Below, in pieces: positions 11,344 through 26,100 of a stretch of 64,000 nucleotides of DNA (the stretch's first letter is position 1; every line of letters begins with the position of its first letter). The stretch spans positions 6,572,001 to 6,636,000 of the forward strand of contig JBHGNT010000009.1 in the NCBI GenBank assembly GCA_043228905.1. The letters run 5' to 3'. The notes beneath the pieces were generated by a model, which was not told the DNA's origin, made no database searches, and saw nothing but the letters and a program-made list of their open reading frames with translations. This DNA is from Azolla caroliniana. Lineage: Eukaryota > Plantae > Polypodiophyta. Position numbers and translations under genes: made by a program.

Positions 11344-14300
11344 ATGGCCAGGACCCGATCCTTCCTCTGTGAGAACTGCGAAATCCAGACCTTGGAATGG
11401 TGCCCTGATGCCAATGGAGGAGAAGGCGGATATCTTTGTCCTTCCTGGCGAAGCTATGAAGACGGTGTTGGTTGCTTTCGAGTGTTCAGCTTGCAGGAAC
11501 TCGAGGAACATTGCGAAGATGATGTTGATGACGGTGGCGAGACCGCTGTTGAAGAGAAAGAAAACGAGGATGACAATGACAATGATGACAGATATTGTGA
11601 ATCGGATTTCCCAGAGGATGATCGGAAAGCAGAAAATGTTGCAGCTCTCTTGAGGTGAGAAACAGAATTTATGAATATTCACATTTTTTTGGATAGATGG
11701 CAAGTGAATTTTCAAGTTTAGAAGGACATTTGATATCAATATTGCTTATCTCTTGTCTTTTGAAGCAGACTTGTCTCAAACATTCGTGCAATGATATGTA
11801 GAAATTTTTTGCTGCTTTCTTGAGGCTACACATTAGAATTCATTATTGATGCTCTTGCATTTCACTTCGTAGTTGGGAAGTAGAAGTGGTTGATAATCTC
11901 TGGATTCTAGTATCAAATTTGTTTTGTGTTTTATCACAGCCTCTTGATTAGTAGAAAATGTTACTGATTTGTCAAGGTTAGAATGATATTTGTTTCTTCT
12001 ATTATAGCATTAATGCTTCTGTTTAAGAAGGAGAAAATGTTGCTGATCTCTCGGGCTTAGAATCAGATTTGTTTTAATAAAGTTATTGCATTTCGTTCAG
12101 TATTTGAAATGCATAAAAAGTTGCTTCTTTATTAAGGTTAGAATTAAATTATTCTCAAGTAAATTTTGACAGAATGTTTTTTCTTTCGTGAGGTTATGAT
12201 AATATTTGAACTCTTAACTAGACTTTGTATATGCTGCATGTCTCTTTTGCAGTGGCCATTTGGTTGTTAAAAGGCAGCCTCTACTGCCAAAAGTTTTGTC
12301 AGTATCAGACATAGTGGAATCAGTGAGAAAGCCTTTCAAATCTCCATGTCCAGGAGCCAATACTGAAAAAAGATTAGAACTTCAGCGACGCCTCTATGCT
12401 CGTAAGCGCTTTGTACCATGGGGATCCTCAAGAGGGGTTTTGTCTCCAATAACAAATATCTTGCTCGAACCTTTACCTTTGCAACCTGCTACAGAAGATG
12501 ACAAGGTGGATGAGCTGCCCCCTGGTATTGAGCCACTTGTTTTGTGGGAAACAGATGATGAAATGGATGGAAAATGCACATCGATTGTTGTAGACCCCCG
12601 CCTAGTCCGGTTTTTGCGTCCTCACCAAAGGTAAAACTCAAATCCTTTCCAAGGATGTAGATCATATGCAGTACAAAGTCTATAATAGTTAATGAATAAT
12701 TAATAATTATGGATTTTCAGCCTTTAATCCTGGTTAAAAATTCTCTATGCTATTAGTTCCAATGAACTAACAATATTTTTTGGGTTTTTCATTTCTCCTT
12801 TCAGTCATAATAGATAAATGCCATTTTGGTGAATTTCTTATATGAGACCATGTCTATGGGATGTCTATGACATAAGAATTGAAACAGCTTTTTGAAAATA
12901 CTATATAAAAATAGAACTCATAGTCATACACAACTTGGTTCATTGGTTCTATGTGAGCCTATGCCAACCCTTATATAAAAAATGACATGAGTAGGGAAGT
13001 CATAGCTTTTTTCTATGAAATAAAGATGATAGTCAGAAAGTCAGACATACATAAAAATACAAAAGCATATGAGAAAGAAAGAATATTAACGTCTTTTAAG
13101 TGGGCAAAACGGCCTATAAGACCAAACAAGAGATTACAACTTAAATATTGTCTTCTCTTTGAGAACAAAGAAACCAAAATAATTTAACATAAAAAAGTAA
13201 CTCAAAATAAATTGACTTAAGAATACAAATAGATTGTATAGTTTGTCTTCAAAAGATCTCTACCAGAGGTTGATCCTGAATGGAGGGATCTCCAAAGCAA
13301 GGGAAACAACTATGATGGTGGGAGATAATGGCCTTTGTCTAGCAATGACAATGGTTGCAAGATCGTGGTTCGTGTGGCTAGGACAATTGCTATTTCCCAA
13401 TCTACTGTAGCCCCTTTGCATCATCCAAGTCGGGAGCCCACTTATGTAGCCCTTGATTGATTTGTAGCATGAGCAGAAGTGATGGGGGGAAAGAAAGTTG
13501 TGATTGTTCTTTATTGATGAGCTTATGCAGTTGTATTATTGTCCTTTTAACAATTTCTCTTTATTTCACTTGAGTTCTAGCAGGAACAGTCCATAGCATT
13601 GTAGGTCCTCATATTCCATTACCTTCAGTAGTGGCCTTGCGTACCTCAATCTCTAACTGATGTGAAGAGGTCCGCAAGTTGCCTATCACACCTATCACTG
13701 TGCAACACATGAGCTAGATGTATGTTTATATGAGATGATCTGATGATGAATCCGTTTTCGATCTGTGTAAAGAGCGTGCCTTATAATGATCCATCTTCCT
13801 ATCAAGATATGTTGTGGAGATGATCCATGTTCTTATGTTATGTAATTGGGTAATATCAGTTCAGATCACTCTATTTTTTTTCACTTTTGCCATGTCTAGG
13901 TGGGGACAATCCAACTTATTTTGGAATGGGGGTAGTGCATCTATTCTTATGCTATGCGATTCAAACCATTGTTGCATTTTAGCATACCAATAATGATTAT
14001 CTCTAGGGTACCCATGCTTGATTCTGGTTCTAACTAGGTTTACCAACAAAACTTTATCCTTACATAATGATTTAAAGGTGTTTAGATGTTTTGGTAGTCT
14101 GTCCGGAGAGTTGGAGATCAGCACAATGTGATCAACATATAGTAATATCTGTATGGCTATACTCGACAGACATGCTTTGAACCCCGAAATCTGTCCATGT
14201 AATGCAATACCTTATCTATATAGAGACCCAAGAGAGTGTTAGCCACAACCTCCGACAACTCATTTGGTGACTGCACTTTTCTTGACAACGATTCACAGTG

Positions 14301-17300
14301 CACAGATTCCGCTTTGCATTCGCCAAGGGCTTCTAGATATTCCATGACTGAACATGTGGTACAGTGTTCAAGGCTTTCAGCAATCCACAAAGCTGCATTA
14401 AATCCTCTTTTTATGGGCTCTGTTGTGTTTGGTAAGGTCTCTGTTGGTCAATATGTGATACAAAGTTGTGAACCCCTTTCCTAAGGCCTGCTGGTCTAGC
14501 TGAATGGCAGCCATTCCTCTCTGCCCGCCCATACACTCAATACTGACTCTAGGATTGAACCACATAGTTTAGCCAAGTAATGTCCAATCATGATTGTTTT
14601 ATAATTGCTTGGCATCATGGGGTTTCCACCCTTGAAGATTGGCACAATGGTATGTTCTGTCCAAGGAGTTGGGAGATCTTCACACAACTGTATTAAATAT
14701 ATGTGCTAGCAACGGTAGCATGTGTCACAGAAATAGTTAGATCACCTACCAATCCATCATGATCTTGGGTTTTAACAAATTGTAACCAATCAATGGTGTT
14801 TTTACATCTTGTGGAGTCAAAAGATAGATTCATGTGGGTGATATTATAGAGTACTTCTGCATATTCATGTCACACCTGAGGTGAGGTCAGTTGTGTGGTA
14901 GGTTGCCTCTCATTAAATATTTTCCATGCACTTTTACTCTCTTGTCCTAGGAACAAACAGTACACTTGTTTCAAATTTGGCCAAATACAACCTCTTCTTT
15001 CTCACAAGGCATTGGAAGGTTGCTCTTGCTTGGTTATGTGTACAAATCTCCCCAGTTACTATGCGTTTAGGGTTTATCCCTGTATCACGACAGTCTTCAT
15101 CATACCAACTGACATAATTATTGATGAAGTAAAGGTGCAGAATCTCCTTGAAAAGAGTCATGATGTGAAGATTGCAGTGGCAAATTTTGGTATTGCATGA
15201 ATTGATCCAAATGACATTGATCAGGATCGTGGAGGTGAAGATGTAAAATCATTATCTTAAACAAATGCATTAAATATACAGGTTTGTACTTTCAAAGATG
15301 ATTAAGTTTCAACTTACTGCTGCATCTGCCAAACAATGTGCTGTAGAGTATAAACTAAAGTGTATGGTCTGTCACTGATGACTACCAGTAGCCCTCAAAA
15401 CTTCCATTAAGCTAGGCTGTTCTTTGCAGAATCCATGTTTTCTGATTGAATTTGATAGCAATTGTCGCAATTTTTGAGTCAAAACTCAACTTCAAATCAT
15501 GCATTAAATCAACTTGTTTGAACCGGATTAAGCTCTAAGTATTTAGTATTGTCACATGTGTCAAATAATAGGCTGAGTGAATAATCTTCCATTAGATAAG
15601 GGGCCAGAAATAGATGATCCAAAATGGTGTCTTTCAAAAACTCTCCATAGCATGTAATCAATGTGATGCATGAAGTAGTTGACAAAATCTATCCTTCTAA
15701 ACATTGACTTCTCTGCCAGTGTAGTTTTACGCGCACTTGTAATACAATTTTGGAACTCCAGAATATTTTGCTTGTATAAAGGTATATAGAACATTAGGTA
15801 CACTCCATCAGATCCATTAACCACAAAATCATTATCCTATAGAGATCCCTTTCTCTCTCAAGTGCCATGTTTTCAAAAAGTGTTTGTGCACCAACTTGTG
15901 AATGTATACCAATAGGAAAAATAATCAATCGTACGCATTGCATTATTTTAATTGTGAACCGTTATTTTGACAAGATTTTTATAAGGTCAAGAGCTTGAAT
16001 GAACCTTTGGTTGGATTTATCTTAGCTTTAGTTATTTCTGATGGCTATCAAATATTTCCTTTTAAAGATCATATGCCTTAGAAAACATTTATTCTCTCTT
16101 GCAGGGAAGGTGTGCAATTTATGTTTGAATGTGTTGCAGGTCTTCGAGACTTCTCCAAATCTGATAATCAGCTTGCAGGATGCATACTTGCAGATGACAT
16201 GGGGTAAGTGTATCTGCTGCAATCAGTTCTTTTGCATAGGTTCATATTTTCCTAATGAGTGACACATTCTATTACAGTTTAGGGAAGACGTTGCAATCAA
16301 TTACACTGCTCTGGACCCTTCTGAAGCAGGGTTTTGATGGTTCTCCTATTGCACAAAAAGTTTTAATTGTTACACCTACAAGTCTTGTTAGTAACTGGGA
16401 ATCGGAGATTGAGAAGTGGCTTGTAGGACAAGTTCGGGTGCTGGCACTTTGTGAGTCAACTCGGGCAGATGTAATATCTGGTATTGCTGGATTTTTGGCT
16501 CCTCGAAGTTTGTATCAGGTACATAATCTAAATGAATTTAATGACATCCAGAAAAATTATTTAACGTTTACTTGCTGGCATATGGCAGGGCCCCAATAAG
16601 TGGTAGAAATACAATGTGAATATGAAGCACTAACAATGCTATGCCAGAACCATAAAATACTTGTCCATGGCTCCGCCTTTTCAGCAACGCGTGTCTCTTG
16701 AAACTTTACCGTAACACCATGATACTCAACCTGTTCCTTCCCCCCACCCTCCACCGCCCTGTTTAATTTTGTAAAAACGAAAACAACGAGATTCACACTA
16801 GCCAAGAGAATCAAGGCCTTATTAATTTCCTTGAGACAGCAACTATGAACCAATATTTCAGCCTTTAACCTGTGATCGCTAAGGCTCATCATATGCAGGA
16901 ATATGAAGCATTAAAAATGCTATGCCAGAACCATAAAATACTTGTCCATGGCTCCGCCTTTTCAACAACGGGTATCTCTTGAAACTCTACCGAAGCACCA
17001 TGTTACTCAACCTGTTCCTTCCCCCACCCTCCACCGGCCTGTTCAATTTTGTAAAAACGAAACCAACGAGATTCACACTAGCCAAGAGAATCAAGGCCTT
17101 ATTAATTTCCTTGACACAGCAACTATGGACCAATATTTTAGCCTTTACCATCTGAGCACTAAGGGTCAGCCACAACAGCTTTTTTGGCAAAGTGGCATAT
17201 TTCTTGTTGAATGTTGTCTTGCTCCACACCAAGCAATACAACATTACTTGGGGCCATGTGTTATATGCATAACTTTAGGGTCTAATTCAATGGTAAGGGT

Positions 17301-20300
17301 AGTGTAAGTGGAGAACCAGTTATCCTAGGACTTGGGACAAACCCATAAGGATCGATGACTTGCAGGAACAGTGGTGACCTGGGAGCCGAAGGAGGTGGGC
17401 TAAATAGAGGGAACTTGCCACCTCCTTCATTACAACATCTTGAGGTGTTGTTGAGGTATTGTTGAAACTCTATTGGTGTGGCAATGTAACATCTTTCGGA
17501 TCTGTTCCTCTCAACTTCCAAGGTGTAACATTAGGTAATATCCTGTGGTATGGGATGCCAATGGTAATTTATGTTCATCTCTATCCTTTGCTCAGAGGTG
17601 ATCAGTGTGATTAAGGAACCTTAAACCATTTGCTTCATTTTAATCTTAACATTCACTTATAATTAGTTTTTGATTTGTAATACCACACAAACCCAATCAA
17701 TGTCATTTAAAAAGACCAAGTGGTGAACTGGGGGTGTTACACCCCGAAAATGATTTAGTTTTTGATTCAAGACACTCTTGGCAATGAAGCAACCACCGTG
17801 GCCTGCCTTGGTGGCTAGTGATCCTGTTTCCTCTGGTTCAAGAGGATGTACTCACGCCAAATCAGCTATGTATCGAAGATTCCTTGTCCTATAAAAGCCA
17901 CAAGCACACAAATAATGGTAGCTGCCACCATTTATATGGACAAATGACTGAGTATGATGCATTGATGCCATTCTATGTGCATGATTTATTAATGTTAAAA
18001 GATCATATAGAGAAATAATAGTACTTTTCAGCTTCCTCTCGGCTATCCTATTTTCTCGTCTCCTACAATCTCTTTCCCTTGTTAGTGGTCCTATTTAGTA
18101 ATGGGGAATGGTCATTTTGTTCTTGTCCCTGAAATGTGCCACATGTGAATATATTATAGATGTCACAATCATTGTTGGTTGGTTCTATATATGTAGTTAC
18201 ATTGGTTGTGACTTACAAAGCACAACAATTCCCATGGAGCACCCATTCATATATATGATTTTAATGGTAGCTCTTATTTTCAGGTTCTTATCTTGTCATA
18301 TGAAACCTTCAGAATGCATGCAAAGAAATTTCAGCAGCCAGGAAGTTGTGACTTGCTGATTTGCGATGAAGCTCATCGATTGAAAAATGATCAGACATGT
18401 ATTAACAAGGTCAGATTCAGTGACCCACTCAAAACTATTTAATTATTATGAAATCCAACTGATGTTCTTCTCTTGGCCAAGCTTATTTCCCTCCAATTTC
18501 TATAACATTGGGTGCAGGCTTTAGCAAGTTTGCATTGTCGAAGGCGTGTGTTGCTATCTGGAACACCTATGCAGGTAATTTATTGACAACGGAATGTCAT
18601 TTTTTGAAATATTCAATTTGCCACTAACTTAAATTTGTACAGAATGATTTAGAGGAGTTCTTTTCTATGGTGAATTTTACAAATCCAGGCATTCTTGGGA
18701 GTGCATCTGCATTCCGTCGGTACTTTGAGGTTAGTGAGGGCACATCCTGCTGCTAATGTGAGATTTGCCTGCTTGCAATATCTAAACTAACTGAATGAGC
18801 CTTTAACATGATACATCTAGTAGATGCCCATTCTTAATGGCCGTGAACCAAATGCAACTGAAGAGGAGAGAACTAAGGGTTCTGAAAGGTCTTCTGAGCT
18901 AAGTGAGAAAGTCAATCAGGTATACAACAATGTTTTATTCAATGGTTAGAGTATGTTGATACCAAATTTATATGTGCTTATAAGCTCATGTTCCAACCTT
19001 CCATCCTTGTACAGTTCATTTTACGGAGAACAAATGCCCTTTTATCCAATCATCTACCCCCCAAGGTAATACACATCACATTATTTTCGTGCAGATTTAA
19101 ACTAAATCCAATCAATTGTAACTTAGGATCGATAGATAACATACCATTCATTTTTTTCAGATAGTTGAGATTGTATGCTGCAAATTGACTGAACTTCAAG
19201 AAAAGCTTTATCGACATTTTATTCATTCAAAGAATGTAAGTATTTATTAAACAAAAAATCAGGCTTCACATTTTCGTTTAGCTAACCTCAAACATTTTGC
19301 ATGAACTTTTCCAGGTTCGTCAAGTACTGCAAGATAATACAAAACGAGCACGTGTGTTGTCTTCTATTCTAGCTTTAAAAAAGCTGTGCAACCATCCAAA
19401 AGTACGTTGACTTGTTTTGTAAGATCTGTTTAAGTTTAAAATAAGGTCAGTTTATCAAAATGCTAAAATTGGAGATAGTGAAAGATTTTTTAGCATAGAC
19501 TTTGATCTATTTAATTCTCTAGAATGATGATAAACATTGGAGTCAGAAGATCATCTTGAAGTTGCTGCTTCTGTGTAATTTGCAAGTAAACATAGAGATA
19601 GTTTCAAACAAGGTTTACACCACCATATTTGAAACTTTTATACATGAAAACATGTGGCCAGAATTCTGTCATCTTGACAACTTTTGATTTGGCTCTCTCC
19701 CAACGTTTATTGTGTGAGGGACAATTTTCCTTTGTGTCTTGATTATATGACACTTTGTTCTTGCAGCTCATTTACGATACAGTTCGATCTGGTGGATCAA
19801 ATGCAGCAGGCTTTGAAAACTGCCTAGATTATTTTCCTTCTGAAATGTTTTCTGGAAGGTATTACTCTTGCAGAACAGTTCTTTATTCATATTTCTTGTA
19901 TCTATTCTTCGATGTTATGCATAAACCTATTTTCTTTGTAGGAAAGGATCATGGAGTGGAGTTGATGGAAGCTGGATTGAGCTATCAGGAAAGATGAGTG
20001 TACTTGCACAATTACTTGCAAAGCTCAGACAGACCACAAATGACCGGATTGTGCTTGTTTCAAATTATACACAGGCTGGTTAAACTGCTCCTTAAAATAT
20101 TTGTTGAGTGATAGTTACATACCCAGTATTTATTTTTGTCTTATGTTGAGGGTATTTTTTTTGCATCTGCTATGTGCCTAGACCTTGGAGCTTTTTGCTC
20201 AGTTATGCCGTGAAAGAAACTATCCATATGTGAAACTTGATGGGACAACTTCCATCAGCAAGAGGCAGAAGCTGGTCCAGAGATTCAATGATCCACTGCA

Positions 20301-23179
20301 GGTAACTAGAAACAATTTAGAAACTTTTAGCTTTCCAAAACCAAAATGTAACAATGCTAAAACTGTTTAAAGATTGTAGAAAAATGATTTGTATATTGTT
20401 ATCATGATAGGATGAGTTCGCATTCCTTTTGAGCAGCAAAGCTGGGGGATGTGGTTTGAACCTAATTGGTGGAAATAGATTAGTTCTGTTTGATCCTGAC
20501 TGGAATCCAGCAAATGACAAACAGGTCTGTACACTTCAAACATATTGGTGTTTTTAACTTCCAGAAAATACTGATATGAAGCAAACGCTTATTATATCAA
20601 TGTGTTTCTTATGATAACTCGTATGTTGGTGCCTAGGCAGCTGCGCGTGTGTGGAGAGATGGGCAGAAGAAGAGAGTCTTCATCTACAGGTTTCTTGCAG
20701 CAGGAACAATTGAAGAAAAGGTACTCAGTTGTCTCCTAAATTTTCTATATCATGTAAATGTTTGTATTTGTACGTTTTTAGTCAATTATTGTGTATCATC
20801 TAGGTTTTCGAACGTCAGCTATCTAAAGAGGGCTTGCAGAAAGTTGTTGAGCATCAACAGATGGATGATAGTCATCCTCAGGTTCGGAAGAAATATACAA
20901 TGTATTTAGTTCATTTTTTGGAAAAATTAGTCTAAATGCTCCTTATCATTATCATTAAGTCAAGAATATGTCGAATCATCAATTATCAAATCTTGCTTGG
21001 AATGTTGGATGTAAGCTACAAAAGAATTATGAAAGTGAGATTCTCTCATCCGGTTGGGTTGTTGACATAAGGAAATGGTTTAGAAGATGGGGTGTGGATG
21101 ATCTTTTAGAGCTTTTGGGCAATGCTATGCATTATGTAATGATTGAGGAAAGGGATCATTAAGGATGAAGAGTCGAGATGCCAAGAGGACAGAGCTAGAA
21201 TACTACATTGCAAATGTCAACCCTTAATGTTGGTCTCAATATAAAGCAACAATGCCTATTGATCATATCCAACCTTATCTCATTACCAATATGAGGAGTA
21301 ATGCTCGTAGAGCCTTACACTACTTCGCACTCGATCTCACAAGTTAGGTATTGAAGTTGTATCATGGTATCAAAATATAACGAATTTGAAGACATGTAAA
21401 GCATGCAATGAAGGCATGGTAGAGGATGACTATCACTTGCTCTTCACATGCTCGACATATAGTGCAATTCATTCAAGATATGTTGACATACTAAGAGGGA
21501 GTGATAACTTAAGTGCCATACTTAAGACACCACCAAGAAGGTTGAGCTCATATGTGTATGCTTTATTCAAACATAGAAACTTTGTGCTTTAATGTATGAA
21601 TACCCCTTTTTAGGAAGGAGACACATATCAAGAACATATGTATACTCTAGTCCCATAGGTCAAAATTGGCCTCTTTATGACGATAAAAATTCTAATTCTA
21701 ATTCTAATCGTTTCCTCATATACCCCTTGGTAAACATCTCTCTTGCAATAAGATGTACTATTCGAGCAATTTTATGGTCATTTATTCCCGTTTTCTCTCT
21801 TTTGCGGATTCACTGCATTGGGGAAATAACCAAAACTTAGGGGCATTTATGGAAACACTAAGGTATTTCAGAGCTTTTCGCTAACTTTTATAACAATACT
21901 TTTGAATTTAAATCTGATTGCATCTTAACCAGGGTAGCTGCTGGCTTTCATCAGAGGATCTAAGAGACCTTTTCAGTCTACGTGATAATGTTGGGTAAAT
22001 TATCCCCATGCCTGATTATACAATACTTCTGCCGTGTTCATACGCTTCAAGTGTTAAATATACAGAAATTATTCATTTTTAACCAGGTCAATCATTCATG
22101 AGAACTTGAATTGCAAACGTTGCGAAGTAGCAAGTGATGATGCGAATCTTAACAATCATGAGGGAACTCTAGAATGTCCATTTGGTGATGTTGGAGCATT
22201 TGCAGATGTAGCAGGCTGTTTGGATAGGCAAAGATCCTGGGAAAAGCAGGTGATGCATAATTACAATGAATAATAATCCCAAGTGTTTGTTAAACAAAGA
22301 AAACAACACATGGATAGTAACAATGACGACAAATACCTTCTAAAGGAAGTATATGTCAAACAACACAAGAAATGAATGATAATGATGAATAATCACATTT
22401 CCTAAGTAAAGAAAATTTTAACAATGGAAATTGTAAATAGATTCTATCAACGAATAATAAGTCCCAAGTAAGGAGTATTTGTTATGTTGTTGAGATTTAG
22501 ATTGGATCTCCTCTGGAAGAAGAGTTGAGGAACTGGGGCCATCACTCACATCCTAGCACAGTGCCTGATGTGATTTTTCAGGCTGCTGCTGGTAATGAGG
22601 TTAGTTTCTCTATTCAGTTGGTTAGTCTGACAATGCCTACTGGATATTTGGAAAAATAATCTAAAATACTTCTTATTACATATTTTTATTTCTCCAAATA
22701 TCCATAAGCATTCCAGTTTAGTTGGATTTAGGGTTTTTTACTTGTCCAAATTTGAAAACAATTATGATACCAAGAGAATGTTGCAATACTATGTATTTGT
22801 CCAAAGGTGAGTTCCAATTGCTCTTTGCGTCTTCCTTTTATAGGTATCCTTTGTTTTCACTTGCCAAGTTGATGGAAAACTTGTTCCGATTGATTCATGC
22901 ACCCCAGTTTTAAAAGCTCCAGAGAATAAGCTTTTGAAAGGAAGACAAGAACTTAGAAGTGTTCCTCAGACTACACAGATGCCTCACTCTATAATTCCTT
23001 GTTCTATGCCGAAAGCTGTTTACTCTGAAACAGGCAGACCCTTGCTTTCTATGAAGAGCAGAAATTTACCTAAGCTTAGATCAGTAAAAACAGTGAATAC
23101 TATTGCAAACAATGTCTTACCAGCAAAAAGAACTAAAATCATTGAGATTGATGATAGTACAGATGATGAATTCATGTAA
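11344..23179 (+). CDS. RAD54: RAD54 SNF2-family DNA translocase (CHR25-like), ~21 exons
   Basis: Exons by eye: 11344-11654, 12253-12630, 16105-16203, 16278-16518, 18284-18409, 18518-18574, 18643-18729, 18824-18919, 19015-19065, 19161-19235, 19315-19401, 19767-19858, 19942-20074, 20182-20301, 20411-20524, 20637-20720, 20803-~20882, 21933-~21994, 22087-22249, 22501-22599, 22844-23179. Motifs: [76 protein letters not shown], plus the plant RAD54 N-terminal [10 protein letters not shown]. Confidence 0.95.
13870..15200 (-). mobile_element. Decayed LINE reverse-transcriptase remnant in RAD54 intron 2
   Basis: Minus-strand [37 protein letters not shown] and a degenerate YADD (LLYVDHIVL). An adjacent copia RNaseH-end fragment (DRQLADLFT) lies at ~13660-13690. 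Confidence 0.75.
16618..17160 (+). repeat. Direct duplication of ~280 bp in RAD54 intron 4
   Basis: GAATATGAAGCA..AATGCTATGCCAGAACCATAAAATACTTGTCCATGGCTCCGCC occurs at 16618 and 16899, and identity continues for about 250 bp. Confidence 0.9.
20960..21708 (+). mobile_element. 5'-truncated LINE 3' end in a RAD54 intron
   Basis: C-terminal CCHC-type motif [19 protein letters not shown] followed by an (ATTCTA)3 microsatellite tail. Confidence 0.7.
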
Positions 23180-26100
23180 CAAACCATCAGAGTGGTGAGA
23201 TAATGCATTATATCATAAAGGATCATACTCAACAATTTGGCAATCATATTAGTTGCAAGATGATGGATTGCATCATTAAGGATCATATACAACTATAATG
23301 TAAAAAGATGGCAGCATCATGTGACCCCTGAAAGCTTCATCCTATAAAGATCTGAAATTATGCTGCTCATGTAAATATCTCTTGTACCATACTCGTGTGA
23401 AGGGTCAGATATGATCACAAATACAGAATGAGCTATGGCTGTAGTTAAATGATCAGGAGGGCACATTATAACAAGTAGATTGTCTCGGTGCCGAAATGAT
23501 CATATCATGATAGCATTATGGTAATTACCTTGATCATCTGAAATGATGATTATCGCTGTTACATGGTCCATGGCAGTCTAAAACCATCTCAAAATGGGAA
23601 CAAATGTTGCGTCGGGTCAACTTCATACCTGGTAGCCATGCGTTATGCAAACCGAAGTTGTGTGAGCTTCACATTAATGGAACCAAATATTGCAGCAGCA
23701 TTATTTGACGAAGCAGTGAATGTTAACATCACTTCTGAAAGTGTATTATGAGTTTGAGGAAGGTGAACTTCATCTCTGAAATGAGTTTGTAACAACATTT
23801 AATCATCACATGATATATTTTTCTATGACATGAAAGTGGGATCATATCTCCCATGAAAACGATGATGTCAGTCAACATTGATGGAATAAGAAGTTACTCT
23901 TACTTCAGAATACTTGTGGTGTTGTAATCTTTGTTTTGATATTTGTATTTTTGTTCATGTTTTGTTTGGACATTAAAACTTGACATGCTTTAAAACGTGC
24001 TCACTGATTTTGACTTTGAGTTGGATTTGGTGCAAACTGATACTTTTGAGGATGAAATTGATGTGCCTTGCCTGGTGTCCATTAAACTTAATGTGGCTTT
24101 TTTTCTAGTTAACTTTTTTCTTTTCACCCATTGTTTCTGTGTGTGATACCAAGGTATATCTTTCTTTCTAATTTCCGCAAGAGTTTAGTTGTGATCTATG
24201 GGATGTGGATCGAACTTGGGTTCTCTCAAGTTTATGACTTTGATGCGACAATATAACAGCTAGAGATAGATGAGGCCAAAATCAGCATATTAGATAAACC
24301 ATCGACACAAGTATGGCCCATGGGTGACTTCATGTCATACATTTTTAAATGACAATAAAACCTCTAGGTTTCCTAAATAATTTTGGGATTGGTCTTAAGG
24401 CATGTAGTGCAATGATTAGAGGTTGTGACAAGTCCATGAGATGTATTTGGTTGTATATTAGACATGGTGAGTAATGATCTTCATGATTTGGTCATTAACA
24501 CTCCAAATGGACTATAATTACTTGGTAATTTGTCATGACCAAAAGTGTCATGGGGCCATTCTAAGGTGTCCTTCGGTGGAAATAGGAGATACTACACAAG
24601 GACATCTCTCGTGGATGTGAGGACAAGTGTTTGCACCTTTGTTAATCATCATCATCTATTCTTCTAGATGTCTCTATTCTTGTATTAAGAGAGACAGAAT
24701 ATAAGGAGCTTGTGACATTGGTTTAAAGCTATTCTTAATAACTTGTGTTGTCTCCATCATATTTGCTACATCTGTTGTTGTCGTTTCCACCAACTTATCA
24801 TCATTGATGTTGCATGGCCATGTCCATTTCATCAAGTCAGCCTTCCAAGTTCAAATTGATTGAAGTAAGAGAATTTGAATCGTACACATTCCATGTAACA
24901 CGTGTGTCCATACATGAAACTAATAACTTCTTGATTATTAGTACTTGTTCATTTCTTTTTATCAAATAAGCCCATAAGAAAATATAACTATAAACCCATA
25001 TCACCATCACTATTTTCTTGAATGACAGTAAATTTAGGGTAACATTTATGCGTATGTGAATTACAAGTAACATTATGTGTGCATGTGTATGAGCACGGTT
25101 GGGTGTGTGTGTGTGTGTGTTTATTTCCAACAGCATTCTTGTACACCCTGCAAGGTATAGATAAGTTCACATAATCTAAATAGTTAAGAAATAGACATAA
25201 AAAAATCCCAATAAGTTATATACCACCCAAGCATCTTGAACATTTAGACTCCTTTGTCTATTGTAGGTTTTATCCAATAAACTATCATGACTTATATTAT
25301 CATATTAGTGTATGTTTCATGCAACTTTCAATGAAATAGTTTGGATGTATTATCTAAAGGAATGAGTTAGAGAGGCATAATCCTAAAATACATAACATGT
25401 TAAATGTTTTCTACTAAATATATGGTTTATTCTATGTTGGTTAAGTCTCATGTGGTAAACATAATTATACAATAAGCATGCATAATGTTTCCCCAATAGT
25501 TCATAAGGATTTTTGTTGTCAATTCTAATCACTAACATGATTGAGAAAGATTGACAACAATTAGACTATCCGCCCCATCAAATGTAACCCTGAGTATTGG
25601 AAATTGAGTTGGCACATCTAGCAATCCTAACTTCATTACCAACCTATTGGAATCGCATGAACCCATGGATTCCATAAAAGATTTGAAACCCTTCACATAT
25701 ATCGGCAATGTTTCAATTCCAATGATGACATTGTTTATCGATCACTTGTCAAATGAGAGTGAACCTTCTAATTGTGCGAGGTCAATAATGATCAAACCCA
25801 TATTGAACATGCCTCATTTAACGTACAAGATGTAATTCACAAATGGTGGACGAAACTTTTTAACGATGCACAAAATTTATCTCTCTAGATGAGTGTACTA
25901 AGTCATGTAACAATTGGTTTTTACTCACTCAAACAAACTTATATGTGCATGAATTTGTCAATGAGCATCATGACATTGTTCATACCTAAAGTGGTACGTT
26001 ATTATTAGCAAGCACATCAATTTGCTTTTAAGCCTTATGGAATCTCTTCAATTGTTATTTGGTATACAACTATAAGAAACCGTGAAAGTTAAATCACAAC

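Noticed and set aside
25400-26100. Possible minus-strand gypsy integrase remnant
   Set aside because: Only faint motif traces; too degenerate to support by eye.
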